Below, piece after piece: positions 7,564 to 16,079 of a DNA stretch of 36,450 nt. The stretch covers positions 1-36,450 of the forward strand of contig JAMWCZ010000003.1 of NCBI GenBank assembly GCA_023819225.1, in the 5' to 3' direction. Source of the DNA: Candidatus Omnitrophota bacterium (GTDB lineage: Bacteria > Ratteibacteria > UBA8468 > B48-G9 > JAFGKM01). A model generated the notes under the pieces. It had not been told where the DNA came from, searched no databases, and saw nothing but the letters and a program-made list of their open reading frames with translations. Within the stretch, counting starts at the first letter, position 1. Each line of letters opens with the position of its first letter. The position numbers were made by a program, and so were the translations under genes.

Positions 7564-9561
7564 ATGGCGGAAGAGAAAAGAGAAATAGATGCGCATTTGG
7601 AGCCAGAAAGAGTAGAACAGTTTCAAGAAGGGTTTAGCATCCGGACAATAATAGCAGCTCTCTTTATCGGTTTTATTATGCTCCCCGGGGCAATATATTT
7701 AGGACTTATTACAGGTGGTGGAATTGCAGGTGCAGCACAATGGGTTACTGTGATACTCCTTGTTGAGATAGCAAAAAGGTCTTTTATTGAGTTAAAAAAG
7801 CAGGAGGTCTACATTATATATATCCTTGCTGCATCACTTGTAAGTGCAGGTCTTGTCCTTGGGACAGCAGGGCTTACACTTCAAGGTGGGGCATTCAGTG
7901 ACCTGATATGGAAACAATATCTTATACAATCACCGTATGCACAGTCGTTTAACCTTCATAGATATATGCCTTCATGGGCAGTCCCTCCTGCGGGTTCAGA
8001 GGCAATATTGAAAAGGACGTTTCTTCACAGGGCATGGGCAGTTCCTATACTTTTACTTATAATCCACAATGTGCTTTTCAGGATAAATAAGTTCACACTT
8101 GGATATACGGTTTTCCGTCTGACAAGTGACAAAGAAAAGTTGTCATTCCCGATGGCACCTGTTGCCTCTGAAGGGGCTATTGCACTTGCTGAGGTAAGCG
8201 GCAAGAAAGAAACATGGCGATGGCGTATATTCAGTATTTCAGCGATGATAGGGGTTATATTCGGTGCTTTTTATGTAGTTATCCCAACAGTTACAGGGTT
8301 GCTTATGACAAAACCATTTCAACTTTTGCCTATACCCTGGGTGGATTTCACATCAAAGATGGGTGATATGTTTCCCTCATCTATGCTTGGTTTTATGACA
8401 GAATTAGGGGTTATATTTACAGGGTTTGTTCTTCCGTTCTGGGTGGTAACAGGTTCTTTTATTGGTTCTATTCTCGCAAAAACAGTGGGCAACCCAATTC
8501 TTTATAAGGCAGGTATTATAAAGAACTGGCAGCCGGGTATGACAGCCATACCTGCCAATGTGGCAACCAACCTTGACTTCTGGATTAATGCAACTATTGC
8601 AGGTGGTATTGTAGTGGCAGTTATTGGTATAGTAACAATGGTAAAGGTGTTTTTAAGAAGGAAGAAAGAGATAGGAAAAGGGGAAGTATATGAAGAAAAA
8701 CTTCCAGAAGGTAGAGGAGATTATCCTGTATATGTTGCGATAATACTATGGGTGCTTTCAACTGCTATCTATATAGCCATATGTAAAATTCTCGTACCTA
8801 AATTCCCCACTCTTCTTTTTGTATTTTTTGGTTTTATCCTTACACCTTTCCTTACATATACATCTGCGAGGATGTTTGGTATTACAGGAGTTGCAGGAGG
8901 TATATCCTTTCCGATGGTCAGGGAAGGGACATTCATATTGAGTGGATATAAAGGTGTGGATATATGGTTTGCACCAGTACCATATTTTAACCATGGAAGG
9001 GCTACTGAAGAGTTCAAGCAACTTGAACTTACAAGGACAAAATTTACATCCTGGTACAAGGCAGAATTTACTGCTCTTGTTATTATGCTTTTCTGCAGTT
9101 TTCTATTCTGGTCAATTATATGGAGGATGGCACCTATACCATCTTCAACCTATCCTTATGTCCAGAAGATGTGGCCTATGGATGCTATGTTCCAGGCATT
9201 ATGGGCTACAAGTACTGTGGAAGGTGGTAGAAGCTGGATGATAGAGGCGATAAAATTTAAGTATATATTTAATTCTTCCCTTATTGGTTTTGTATTGTAT
9301 TTTATACTTCTATTTTTTAAAGCACCGGTTAGTTTATTTTACGGAATTATTGGTGGAATGTCTATGTTGCCGCATATGGCACTACCAATGTTTTTAGGAG
9401 CACTCCTTGGTAGATTTTATTTTGCGAAAAAGGTAGGACCTAACTGGAGAAGATATACCCCTATTATTCTTGCTGGATATTCCTGTGGTATGGGATTGGT
9501 AGGTATGGTTTCTATAGCGGTTGCCCTGATTGCAAAGACCGTCTTCCAGATAATCTTTTAA
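7564..9561 (+). CDS. 665-aa polytopic membrane protein, OPT (oligopeptide transporter)-like
   Basis: At least 12 hydrophobic segments. N-terminal FSIRTIIAALFIGFIMLPGAIYLGL and LSFPMAPVASEGAIALAE resemble OPT-family motifs. Lies 30 nt downstream of the fusion gene on the same strand. Confidence 0.55.
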   Translation: MAEEKREIDAHLEPERVEQFQEGFSIRTIIAALFIGFIMLPGAIYLGLITGGGIAGAAQWVTVILLVEIAKRSFIELKKQEVYIIYILAASLVSAGLVLGTAGLTLQGGAFSDLIWKQYLIQSPYAQSFNLHRYMPSWAVPPAGSEAILKRTFLHRAWAVPILLLIIHNVLFRINKFTLGYTVFRLTSDKEKLSFPMAPVASEGAIALAEVSGKKETWRWRIFSISAMIGVIFGAFYVVIPTVTGLLMTKPFQLLPIPWVDFTSKMGDMFPSSMLGFMTELGVIFTGFVLPFWVVTGSFIGSILAKTVGNPILYKAGIIKNWQPGMTAIPANVATNLDFWINATIAGGIVVAVIGIVTMVKVFLRRKKEIGKGEVYEEKLPEGRGDYPVYVAIILWVLSTAIYIAICKILVPKFPTLLFVFFGFILTPFLTYTSARMFGITGVAGGISFPMVREGTFILSGYKGVDIWFAPVPYFNHGRATEEFKQLELTRTKFTSWYKAEFTALVIMLFCSFLFWSIIWRMAPIPSSTYPYVQKMWPMDAMFQALWATSTVEGGRSWMIEAIKFKYIFNSSLIGFVLYFILLFFKAPVSLFYGIIGGMSMLPHMALPMFLGALLGRFYFAKKVGPNWRRYTPIILAGYSCGMGLVGMVSIAVALIAKTVFQIIF

Positions 9562-9567
9562 ATCACA

Positions 9568-10971
9568 TTAGATTTCATATTCATATAGATAGTCAGGTAT
9601 TATTATTTCACTCTCCGGTTTTCTATCTCTTAATATACCGGCAAAGTTTAAAGATGATTCTTGTTCACCGTGTATGACAAATATCTTCTCGGGCGGTTTT
9701 TCAAAACCATCTATCCACTTTAAAAGTTCTGTTTTCCCCGCGTGGGCAGAAAATCCATTAATATCTTTAATCGTTGCCTTCACTGGGTATTCTCTGCCGA
9801 GTATTCTAACATTTTCTGGTTTTTCAAGTATCTCCCTGCCGAGCGTCCCTTGTGCCTGGTAACCCACAAAAACAACAGTAGATTCTTCTCTTGTAATATT
9901 TGTTATAAGATGATGTTTTATCCTGCCACCTGTACACATACCAGAACCAGCCATTATTACAACAGAGCCGGATATATAATTGATGCTTTTGGATTCATCC
10001 ACAGTACGTGTAAGTTTTAAAAGAGGGAAGTCAAAAGGAGGTGCCCCTTTTTTTATAAGCAACTGTGTTTTTTCATCAAGATATTTAGGATATTTATTGA
10101 ATATCTGTGTAATATCTATTGCCATAGGACTATCAACAAATACAAGTATGTGAGGAATAACATCTTCTTTCAAAAACCTGCTTAAAAAGTAAAGAATCTC
10201 CTGTGTCCGCTCTATAGCAAAGGTGGGTATTACTATATTCCCACCTCTATTAACAGTTGTATTTATTACTTCTGCAAGTTCTCTTCCTGCGTCTACCTCG
10301 CTTTTGTGGTCTTTATTGCCATAGGTGGATTCCATAAAAACAATATCTGCCTCTTTAAAAATAGTAGGGTCTTTCAAAATAGGTTTGTCCCATCTCCCTA
10401 TATCTCCTGAAAATATAAGTTTTTTCATCTTTCCGTTATGTGTTGCTATCTCAATTTTTATCATCGCAGACCCTAATATATGCCCTGCATCATAGAAAGA
10501 TACATAAACATCCTTAAAAAGTTCAAAGGGTTGTTCATAAGGATATGTTTTGAAAAGAGGAAAGACCCTTTTTGCATCTTCCGCAGTGTATAATGGCAAA
10601 ACAGGAAAGGGTGATTTTCTACCTTCTTTAAGATGCCTTTCCATTTTCTTCTCCGCATCTTCTTCCTGCACCTTTCCTGCATCCTGCAATGCAATTTTAG
10701 CAATCTCAGCAGTAGGTTCGGTACAGAATATATCACCTTTAAATCCGTCATTAACAAGTTTTGGGATGTATCCACAGTGGTCAAGGTGTGCATGTGTAAG
10801 TATAATTGCATCTATTGAAGAAGGGGGAACAGGAAAAGGCAACCAGTTTCTATCTTTTAGTTCTCTTTCCTGAAATAGTCCACAATCAATTATGATATAT
10901 TTGCCTGAGATATCAAGCAAGGTTTTTGAACCAGTTACATTTTTGGTTGCTCCTAAAAACTTTACCCGCAT
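9568..10971 (-). CDS. MBL-fold beta-CASP ribonuclease (CPSF/RNase J-like)
   Basis: 467 aa with an HAHLDHCG (HxHxDH) motif, beta-CASP-type architecture and a C-terminal FSAHAG motif. Confidence 0.8.
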   Translation of the reverse strand: MRVKFLGATKNVTGSKTLLDISGKYIIIDCGLFQERELKDRNWLPFPVPPSSIDAIILTHAHLDHCGYIPKLVNDGFKGDIFCTEPTAEIAKIALQDAGKVQEEDAEKKMERHLKEGRKSPFPVLPLYTAEDAKRVFPLFKTYPYEQPFELFKDVYVSFYDAGHILGSAMIKIEIATHNGKMKKLIFSGDIGRWDKPILKDPTIFKEADIVFMESTYGNKDHKSEVDAGRELAEVINTTVNRGGNIVIPTFAIERTQEILYFLSRFLKEDVIPHILVFVDSPMAIDITQIFNKYPKYLDEKTQLLIKKGAPPFDFPLLKLTRTVDESKSINYISGSVVIMAGSGMCTGGRIKHHLITNITREESTVVFVGYQAQGTLGREILEKPENVRILGREYPVKATIKDINGFSAHAGKTELLKWIDGFEKPPEKIFVIHGEQESSLNFAGILRDRKPESEIIIPDYLYEYEI

Positions 10972-11046
10972 TTGCGCCTCTTAAATTAAATGGGGGCCAT
11001 CCCTTTATATTTCCCTCACTCCTTTATCCACCTCTCCCTCTTTTCT

Positions 11047-11074
11047 TCTCTATCCCCACAAGTGGGGAGAGAGA
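11047..11074. repeat. REP-like hairpin unit (diverged)
   Basis: TCTCTATCCCCA-CAAG-TGGGGAGAGAGA between divergent genes. Confidence 0.6.
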
Positions 11075-11153
11075 AAAAGGTAAGGAGACTTTTTTTGACA
11101 ATATAACCTTAAAACTATAACATATCATCAGAAATATCACAAGGGGAAAACAT

Positions 11154-11591
11154 ATGCGGTTAGAGAATAAAAAGGCATATTTTAACTATGATATACTGGA
11201 GAAGTTAGAAGCAGGGATTGTTCTAAAAGGACCTGAGGTAAAGTCATTGAGGGAAGGAAGAGGCAGCATAAAAGAATCTTTTGCCCGTATAGAAAACCAA
11301 GAGGTCTTTTTGCACAATTTCTATATAGCGCCATATCCTGCCTCTTTTGAGAAACCAGACCCATTAAGAAAGAAAAAGTTATTACTTGATAAAAGGGAAA
11401 TAAAACACCTCAGAAGGAAATTAGAAGAAAAAGGGCTGACCCTTATCCCACTTACCGTATATTTCAATAAAAGAGGACTTGTAAAGGTTGAACTCGCACT
11501 GGCAAAAGGTAAGAAGTTGTATGATAAGAGAGAAAAGATAAGAGAAAGGGATGTACAGAGGGATATTGAAAGAAGGATGAAACAGGGTTGA
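11154..11591 (+). CDS. smpB: SsrA-binding protein
   Basis: 145 aa. The motifs NKKAYFNY, GIVLKGPEVKSLR and LLLDKREI are typical of SmpB. Sits directly upstream of tmRNA. Confidence 0.9.
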   Translation: MRLENKKAYFNYDILEKLEAGIVLKGPEVKSLREGRGSIKESFARIENQEVFLHNFYIAPYPASFEKPDPLRKKKLLLDKREIKHLRRKLEEKGLTLIPLTVYFNKRGLVKVELALAKGKKLYDKREKIRERDVQRDIERRMKQG

Positions 11592-11616
11592 CAGGAAAGA
11601 TTTTTTAAGGTATATT
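11588..11616 (+). promoter_or_regulatory. tmRNA promoter TTGACA-17-TATATT
   Basis: Consensus -35 and a near-consensus -10. The predicted start is 7-8 nt downstream and coincides with the tmRNA 5' GGGGGCG at 11624. Confidence 0.7.
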
Positions 11617-11623
11617 TTTATAA

Positions 11624-11979
11624 GGGGGCGATACAGGTCTCGACAGGAAGGAAGGAGGGGTAAGGTTGCCTGTAGAGTTTGTCGTGGACTCTTTAAAACA
11701 CGGCAAAAAATAACTGCCAATACGGCAAACGCTCTGGCTGCATAATTATGCAGTCACCTGTCTATAAAGGAGTTCCCTGCTCCTTATAGAACAGGTCGGC
11801 AAACAGGGAATTCTTTTCAGGGTTTATCTTTCTCCCTGGAAAGGATTAACAAAAAGGTTGCGGAAAATATGCGGTGTTCGGAGCCGTCTCTTTTCCTAAG
11901 ATAAAACTCCGGGCTACACAGGTAGATACCTTATCACTACCCTTTCTGGACGCGGGGGCAGTACCCGCCGCCTCCACCA
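11624..11979 (+). ncRNA. ssrA: tmRNA (SsrA)
   Basis: 5' GGGGGCGATACAGGTCTCGACAGG. 3' tRNA-like end GGACGCGGGGGCAGTACCCGCCGCCTCCACCA with a G3:U70 pair. Tag reading frame 11716-11745 encodes ANTANALAA then stop. Confidence 0.9.
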
Positions 11980-12051
11980 AGGTTATAAAAGTTAAGTTTG
12001 CTTGACAATTTTGACAGTTTAGAAGTCCTCCCCGCGGACAGCAAAGGGGTG

Positions 12052-12080
12052 CAGGGGAAAGGACTGTCCCCTGCGTTTTT
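12052..12080 (+). terminator. Intrinsic terminator after tmRNA
   Basis: 7-bp stem CAGGGGA/TCCCCTG followed by CGTTTTT. Confidence 0.55.
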
Positions 12081-12086
12081 CGCTGT

Positions 12087-12174
12087 GGGGGGGAGGACTA
12101 TATCAGGAAGGGGGAAGCACCCCCTCCTGAAGAGCGAAGCGAGGACGCGGGGGCAGTACCCGCCGCCTCCACCA
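12087..12174 (+). repeat. Conserved 56-nt module plus exact second copy of the tmRNA 3' end
   Basis: 12087-12142 matches 2239-2293. 12143-12174 is identical (32/32) to tmRNA 11948-11979, including the CCA. Confidence 0.85.
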
Positions 12175-12343
12175 GTATCATATTTGTGGCGGTGCCATTT
12201 ATGGCAAAAATATTGTCGGATAAACATACTCGATAAATCTTGAGGGATGGAGTAGCCCGCTACAGTGTATGTTTACATCCTATTTTCATGAATGACTTAA
12301 CTGATAGATTTATAGATTAAAAAGATGTGAACAGATAAGAAGA

Positions 12344-13465
12344 GTGATGAAAGTTAAAAAAAAAATACTACTGTTGGCCTCTCTGATTATAATCTTACTG
12401 CCATTTTTCTGTTACGCACTTAATATCCGTGAAGAGATAAAAGAGAGAAAAATACCAACCTATCTGATAGAAAATAATTCTTATATATCCCTTAGAAGTT
12501 TACTTAAAATCCTTGGTGCTGAAGATTCTTGGGGTAGAGTTGAAGACAGAATTTTTATAAAACATCAGGATATAGAGATAAAGTTTAAAATCAACAGTAC
12601 CCAGGTTTTTCTTGATAAAAAGGTAGAGTATTTAGGCGTTCCGGTTAAGGAAGTTGAAGGTGATGTTCTTATACCTGTGGATGACTTTAACAATATCCTT
12701 TCTGGTTTTGTAGCAGCACCCAGGGTTTCAAAAGAACCTTCTTTCAAAGAAGAAACAGTTATTACAAAAGATAAAAACAGGAGTTTTATTATACTTATAG
12801 ACCCGGGACATGGCGGGAAAGATGACGGTGCTGTTGGGTATTATGGTTTAAAAGAAAAGTCAGTAAATCTGGATATTGCAAAAAGGATGAAGGAATACCT
12901 TAATAAGGAATTGAGGAGAAATACCAAAGTAGGAATTTATATGACCAGAGAGGAAGATATAGATGTTTCTCTGATGGAAAGGGTTCAGATGGCTAAGGAT
13001 ATAAAAGCAGATGTGTTTTTCAGTATCCATACAAACTCTTCCAGAGACAGAAGGCCTGATGCAGATGGTTTTGAGACATACTATTCTGGAGTAAAGGAAG
13101 ACCTTGTCTTTCTGCCATCTTCTCCGGAGAAGGAAGTATTGGACGAAGGGACTGAGGGGGACTCATCTCTATTAAAAATACTTGACGACCTGAATACTAC
13201 AAGTGCGGTTGATGAAAGCAGGATATTGGCGGATTTCGTTCAGGAACGACTTGCCGAGAGGTTGCTAACACCTGACAGAGGAACGAAACGTAGGGGATTT
13301 TATGTTTTAAGATATACACCTATGCCTGCAATTTTAACTGAGATAGGTTTTATATGCAATCCTAATGTAGAGTGGAATCTAAAAGATGCTGAAGTGAGAC
13401 AGGCAATCGCAGAGGCGCTTGCAAAGGGCTTGCTTGATTATCTTAAATTCAGGGATGTAATATGA
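12344..13465 (+). CDS. N-acetylmuramoyl-L-alanine amidase (Amidase_3) with N-terminal stalk domain
   Basis: Signal peptide followed by IDPGHGGKDDGAVG and FFSIHTNS motifs and a C-terminal GFICNP motif. Start is GTG 12344 or ATG 12347. Confidence 0.85.
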   Translation: MMKVKKKILLLASLIIILLPFFCYALNIREEIKERKIPTYLIENNSYISLRSLLKILGAEDSWGRVEDRIFIKHQDIEIKFKINSTQVFLDKKVEYLGVPVKEVEGDVLIPVDDFNNILSGFVAAPRVSKEPSFKEETVITKDKNRSFIILIDPGHGGKDDGAVGYYGLKEKSVNLDIAKRMKEYLNKELRRNTKVGIYMTREEDIDVSLMERVQMAKDIKADVFFSIHTNSSRDRRPDADGFETYYSGVKEDLVFLPSSPEKEVLDEGTEGDSSLLKILDDLNTTSAVDESRILADFVQERLAERLLTPDRGTKRRGFYVLRYTPMPAILTEIGFICNPNVEWNLKDAEVRQAIAEALAKGLLDYLKFRDVI

Positions 13466-13848
13466 GCAATGGCATCTATGAGATAAAAGTAGAAGAGACA
13501 TTTTCTTCAGCACATCACTTGAGGAATTATAGAGGAAAATGTGAAAGGGTGCATGGTCACAACTGGAAGGTGGAAGTTTATGTAATTGGAGATAACCTTG
13601 ATGAAGATGGATTACTTATTGACTTTGCTATATTGAAAGACAAACTGAAAGATATTTTAGGTGCTTTAGACCACAGGGATTTAAATACCATACATTTTTT
13701 CAGAAAAAGAAATCCTACTTCTGAATCTCTCTCTCTCTATATATATGAGAAAATGACAGAAAAGTTGAAAGAATATTCAGTGAGAGTAAAAAGAGTAACT
13801 GTCTGGGAAAATGAGAAACAGTCAGCATCCTACTCGGTGGAGGAATAA
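13462..13848 (+). CDS. queD: 6-carboxy-5,6,7,8-tetrahydropterin synthase
   Basis: 128 aa with the FSSAHHL...CERVHGHNW motif of the PTPS/QueD family. Start overlaps the preceding stop by 4 nt. Confidence 0.8.
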   Translation: MSNGIYEIKVEETFSSAHHLRNYRGKCERVHGHNWKVEVYVIGDNLDEDGLLIDFAILKDKLKDILGALDHRDLNTIHFFRKRNPTSESLSLYIYEKMTEKLKEYSVRVKRVTVWENEKQSASYSVEE

Positions 13849-14732
13849 TGGAAAACGGATTTTATGATATTGAAATTCCTGGAATAAAGAAGATTTATTC
13901 AGGTAAGGTAAGAGAACTCTTTGAGTTTGATGATAAGAATATGCTGATGGTAGCAACGGACAGGATATCTGCCTTTGACTATATTCTGCCCACTCCTATA
14001 CCTGAAAAAGGGATAATTCTTACAAAGATGTCTATCTTCTGGTTTGAATATCTTAAAGGTATTGTAAAAAACCACATTGTTGAACACAGATTTGAAAAAT
14101 TCCCTGAGATGTTTCAACAGTATTCATTTCTTAAAGACCGCTCTGTCATTGTAAAAAAGGTTAAAAAGGTGCCTATTGAATGTGTTGTAAGGGGATACCT
14201 TGCAGGTAGTGGCTGGAAGGAATATAAAGAAAAAGGAGAGGTTTGTGGTGTAATGTTGCCCTCCGGCTTGAAAGAGTCAGAGAAACTCCCTGAACCCATC
14301 TTTACACCTGCTACAAAGGAAGAGAAAGGTCAGCATGATATAAACATTGACTTTTCAGAAATGACTAAAAGGGTCGGCGAAGAGATTGCTTATGTACTTA
14401 AAGAAAAATCTATAGAAATCTATAATAAGGCATCCATATATGCTGAAAGTAAAGGTATTATTATTGCAGATACAAAATTTGAGTTCGGTATAGATGAAAA
14501 TGATAAGGTTATACTGATAGATGAGGTATTTACTCCCGACTCTTCACGTTTCTGGGAGAAGGAGAAATACAGACCGGGGATATCTCAGGATAGTTTAGAT
14601 AAACAATATATCAGGGACTATCTTCTTTCAACTGACTGGGACAGAAACTCGCCTCCACCCGGCCTTCCTGATAGTGTTGTTGATATGACAGTGAATAAAT
14701 ACAGGCAGATATATCATATTCTTACAAGATAG
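13848..14732 (+). CDS. purC: SAICAR synthase
   Basis: 294 aa with GKVRELF, ATDRISAFD and IIADTKFEFG motifs. Confidence 0.9.
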   Translation: MENGFYDIEIPGIKKIYSGKVRELFEFDDKNMLMVATDRISAFDYILPTPIPEKGIILTKMSIFWFEYLKGIVKNHIVEHRFEKFPEMFQQYSFLKDRSVIVKKVKKVPIECVVRGYLAGSGWKEYKEKGEVCGVMLPSGLKESEKLPEPIFTPATKEEKGQHDINIDFSEMTKRVGEEIAYVLKEKSIEIYNKASIYAESKGIIIADTKFEFGIDENDKVILIDEVFTPDSSRFWEKEKYRPGISQDSLDKQYIRDYLLSTDWDRNSPPPGLPDSVVDMTVNKYRQIYHILTR

Positions 14733-14786
14733 ATATTCCTCACCTTTACCCTCTCCCCCAAGGAATGATGTGTTAGTATCAGAATA

Positions 14787-14985
14787 TGTAGCGGTGTGAC
14801 CCGTCACTAAAGATTTGGCGGGCAGGACTGTGAGAAGGAAGAAAGGCGTGAGATATGAGAAATTTCCTCCCCCTCACCCTACCCTCTCCCCGCTGGGGAG
14901 AGGGTAGAAAAGGGGGGGAGAAGAGAGAAAGGCGTGAGATGTAAGAAGGGCGAGGGGAATTTGTGATATAAATGCCACCGCTACA
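14787..14985. repeat. MITE-like 199-bp element bounded by 10-bp perfect terminal inverted repeats
   Basis: TGTAGCGGTG at 14787-14796 and CACCGCTACA at 14976-14985. Flanks end and begin with AATA. The interior carries REP unit 14882-14904 and an 82-bp segment repeated at 24894-24974. Confidence 0.4.
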
Positions 14986-15200
14986 AAATAACGATTAGGG
15001 ACAAAGAAAAACAACAAAAACATAGTTAAAGTTTTTAGCAGTACAGGGCGGAGGAAATAAGTAGAGGGGAATGAAGAAGCGAGTGGAAATAGACAGAGAT
15101 TCCTGAATATTTGCCTTTTTATAAAACAAAATTTGTGATAGAATAATTGAAAGTTTTAGAAGATAGAATAATTTTATAATCTGGAAAAAGGAGAGAAAAA

Positions 15201-16073
15201 GTGGAAGAAGAAGCAATAAAAAAAGCAGAGGTATTAATAGAGGCATATCCTTATATAAAACAATATAAGGATAGTATTTTTGTTATAAAGGTAGGCGGAA
15301 GCATATTGAGAATACAAAATGTAGCAGATAATATAATAAGAAATATTGCCTTTCTTGAAGTAGCGGGGATAAAGGTTATTGTTGTATGTGGAGGCGGACC
15401 TTTTATAACAGAAGAGATTGAAAAGAAGGGTAAAAAGCCGGTCTTTATAGATGGGTTAAGGGTAACAGATAAAGAAACCCTCGAGATAGTAGAAAATGTC
15501 CTTTTTGAAATAAGGGATAAAATAGTGAGGCAGCTGATTGAAAAATTGGATGTTGAGGCAGATAAACTTTCACCCGATGAAAACTTCGCTATTGCTCAGA
15601 AGATACACTATCAGAAAGGAGCAGAAGTAATAGACCTTGGTTTTGTAGGACAGATTAAGAATGTTAATTCAGAATATATAAATAGGAGGTTGGGGGAAAA
15701 CAGAGTTCTTGTTCTGCCTCCTTTGATATCAGGAGATGATGGGTATTTATATAATGTTAATGGTGACTCTGTTGCTTTTGCTATAGCGGAAGCGATTAAA
15801 GCAGAGAAACTTATATTTATCACTGATGTCGCAGGTGTGATGAGAAATCCAGAGAATCCCGATACCCTGATATCTGTTTTACATATCAATGAAGCAGAAG
15901 ATTTAATAGAACAGAATGTTATAAAGGGTGGAATGTTACCGAAGGTCAAAGCAGGAATTTCTGCTATCAAAAAAGGAGTGAAAAAGGTCCATATAATAAG
16001 CGGAAGTATCCCTAACTCTATTATTCTTGAGGTCTTTACAGAACTTGGTGTGGGAACAGAAATACTTGTATAG
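15201..16073 (+). CDS. argB: Acetylglutamate kinase
   Basis: 290 aa with VIKVGGS, VVCGGGP and NVNGD motifs. GTG start preceded by AAAGGAGAG. Confidence 0.9.
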   Translation: MEEEAIKKAEVLIEAYPYIKQYKDSIFVIKVGGSILRIQNVADNIIRNIAFLEVAGIKVIVVCGGGPFITEEIEKKGKKPVFIDGLRVTDKETLEIVENVLFEIRDKIVRQLIEKLDVEADKLSPDENFAIAQKIHYQKGAEVIDLGFVGQIKNVNSEYINRRLGENRVLVLPPLISGDDGYLYNVNGDSVAFAIAEAIKAEKLIFITDVAGVMRNPENPDTLISVLHINEAEDLIEQNVIKGGMLPKVKAGISAIKKGVKKVHIISGSIPNSIILEVFTELGVGTEILV

Positions 16074-16079
16074 GAAAAA

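Noticed and set aside
8758-9241. Internal and antisense ORFs within the OPT-like gene, and similar ones inside uvrA, argB, gdh and dnaJ
   Set aside because: They are shadow ORFs fully nested in longer genes that have clear family signatures.
3148-9561. ABC ATPase domain hidden in the fusion or in the following gene
   Set aside because: No Walker A (GxxGxGKS/T) or LSGGQ signature was seen in either translation. The only such motifs in the window belong to UvrA.
11937-12243. ORFs 11937-12227 (-) and 11998-12243 (+)
   Set aside because: They overlap the tmRNA 3' end, its duplicate and the conserved module. The GGGGGYCPRV-type repeats in the peptide are artefacts of the duplicated RNA sequence.
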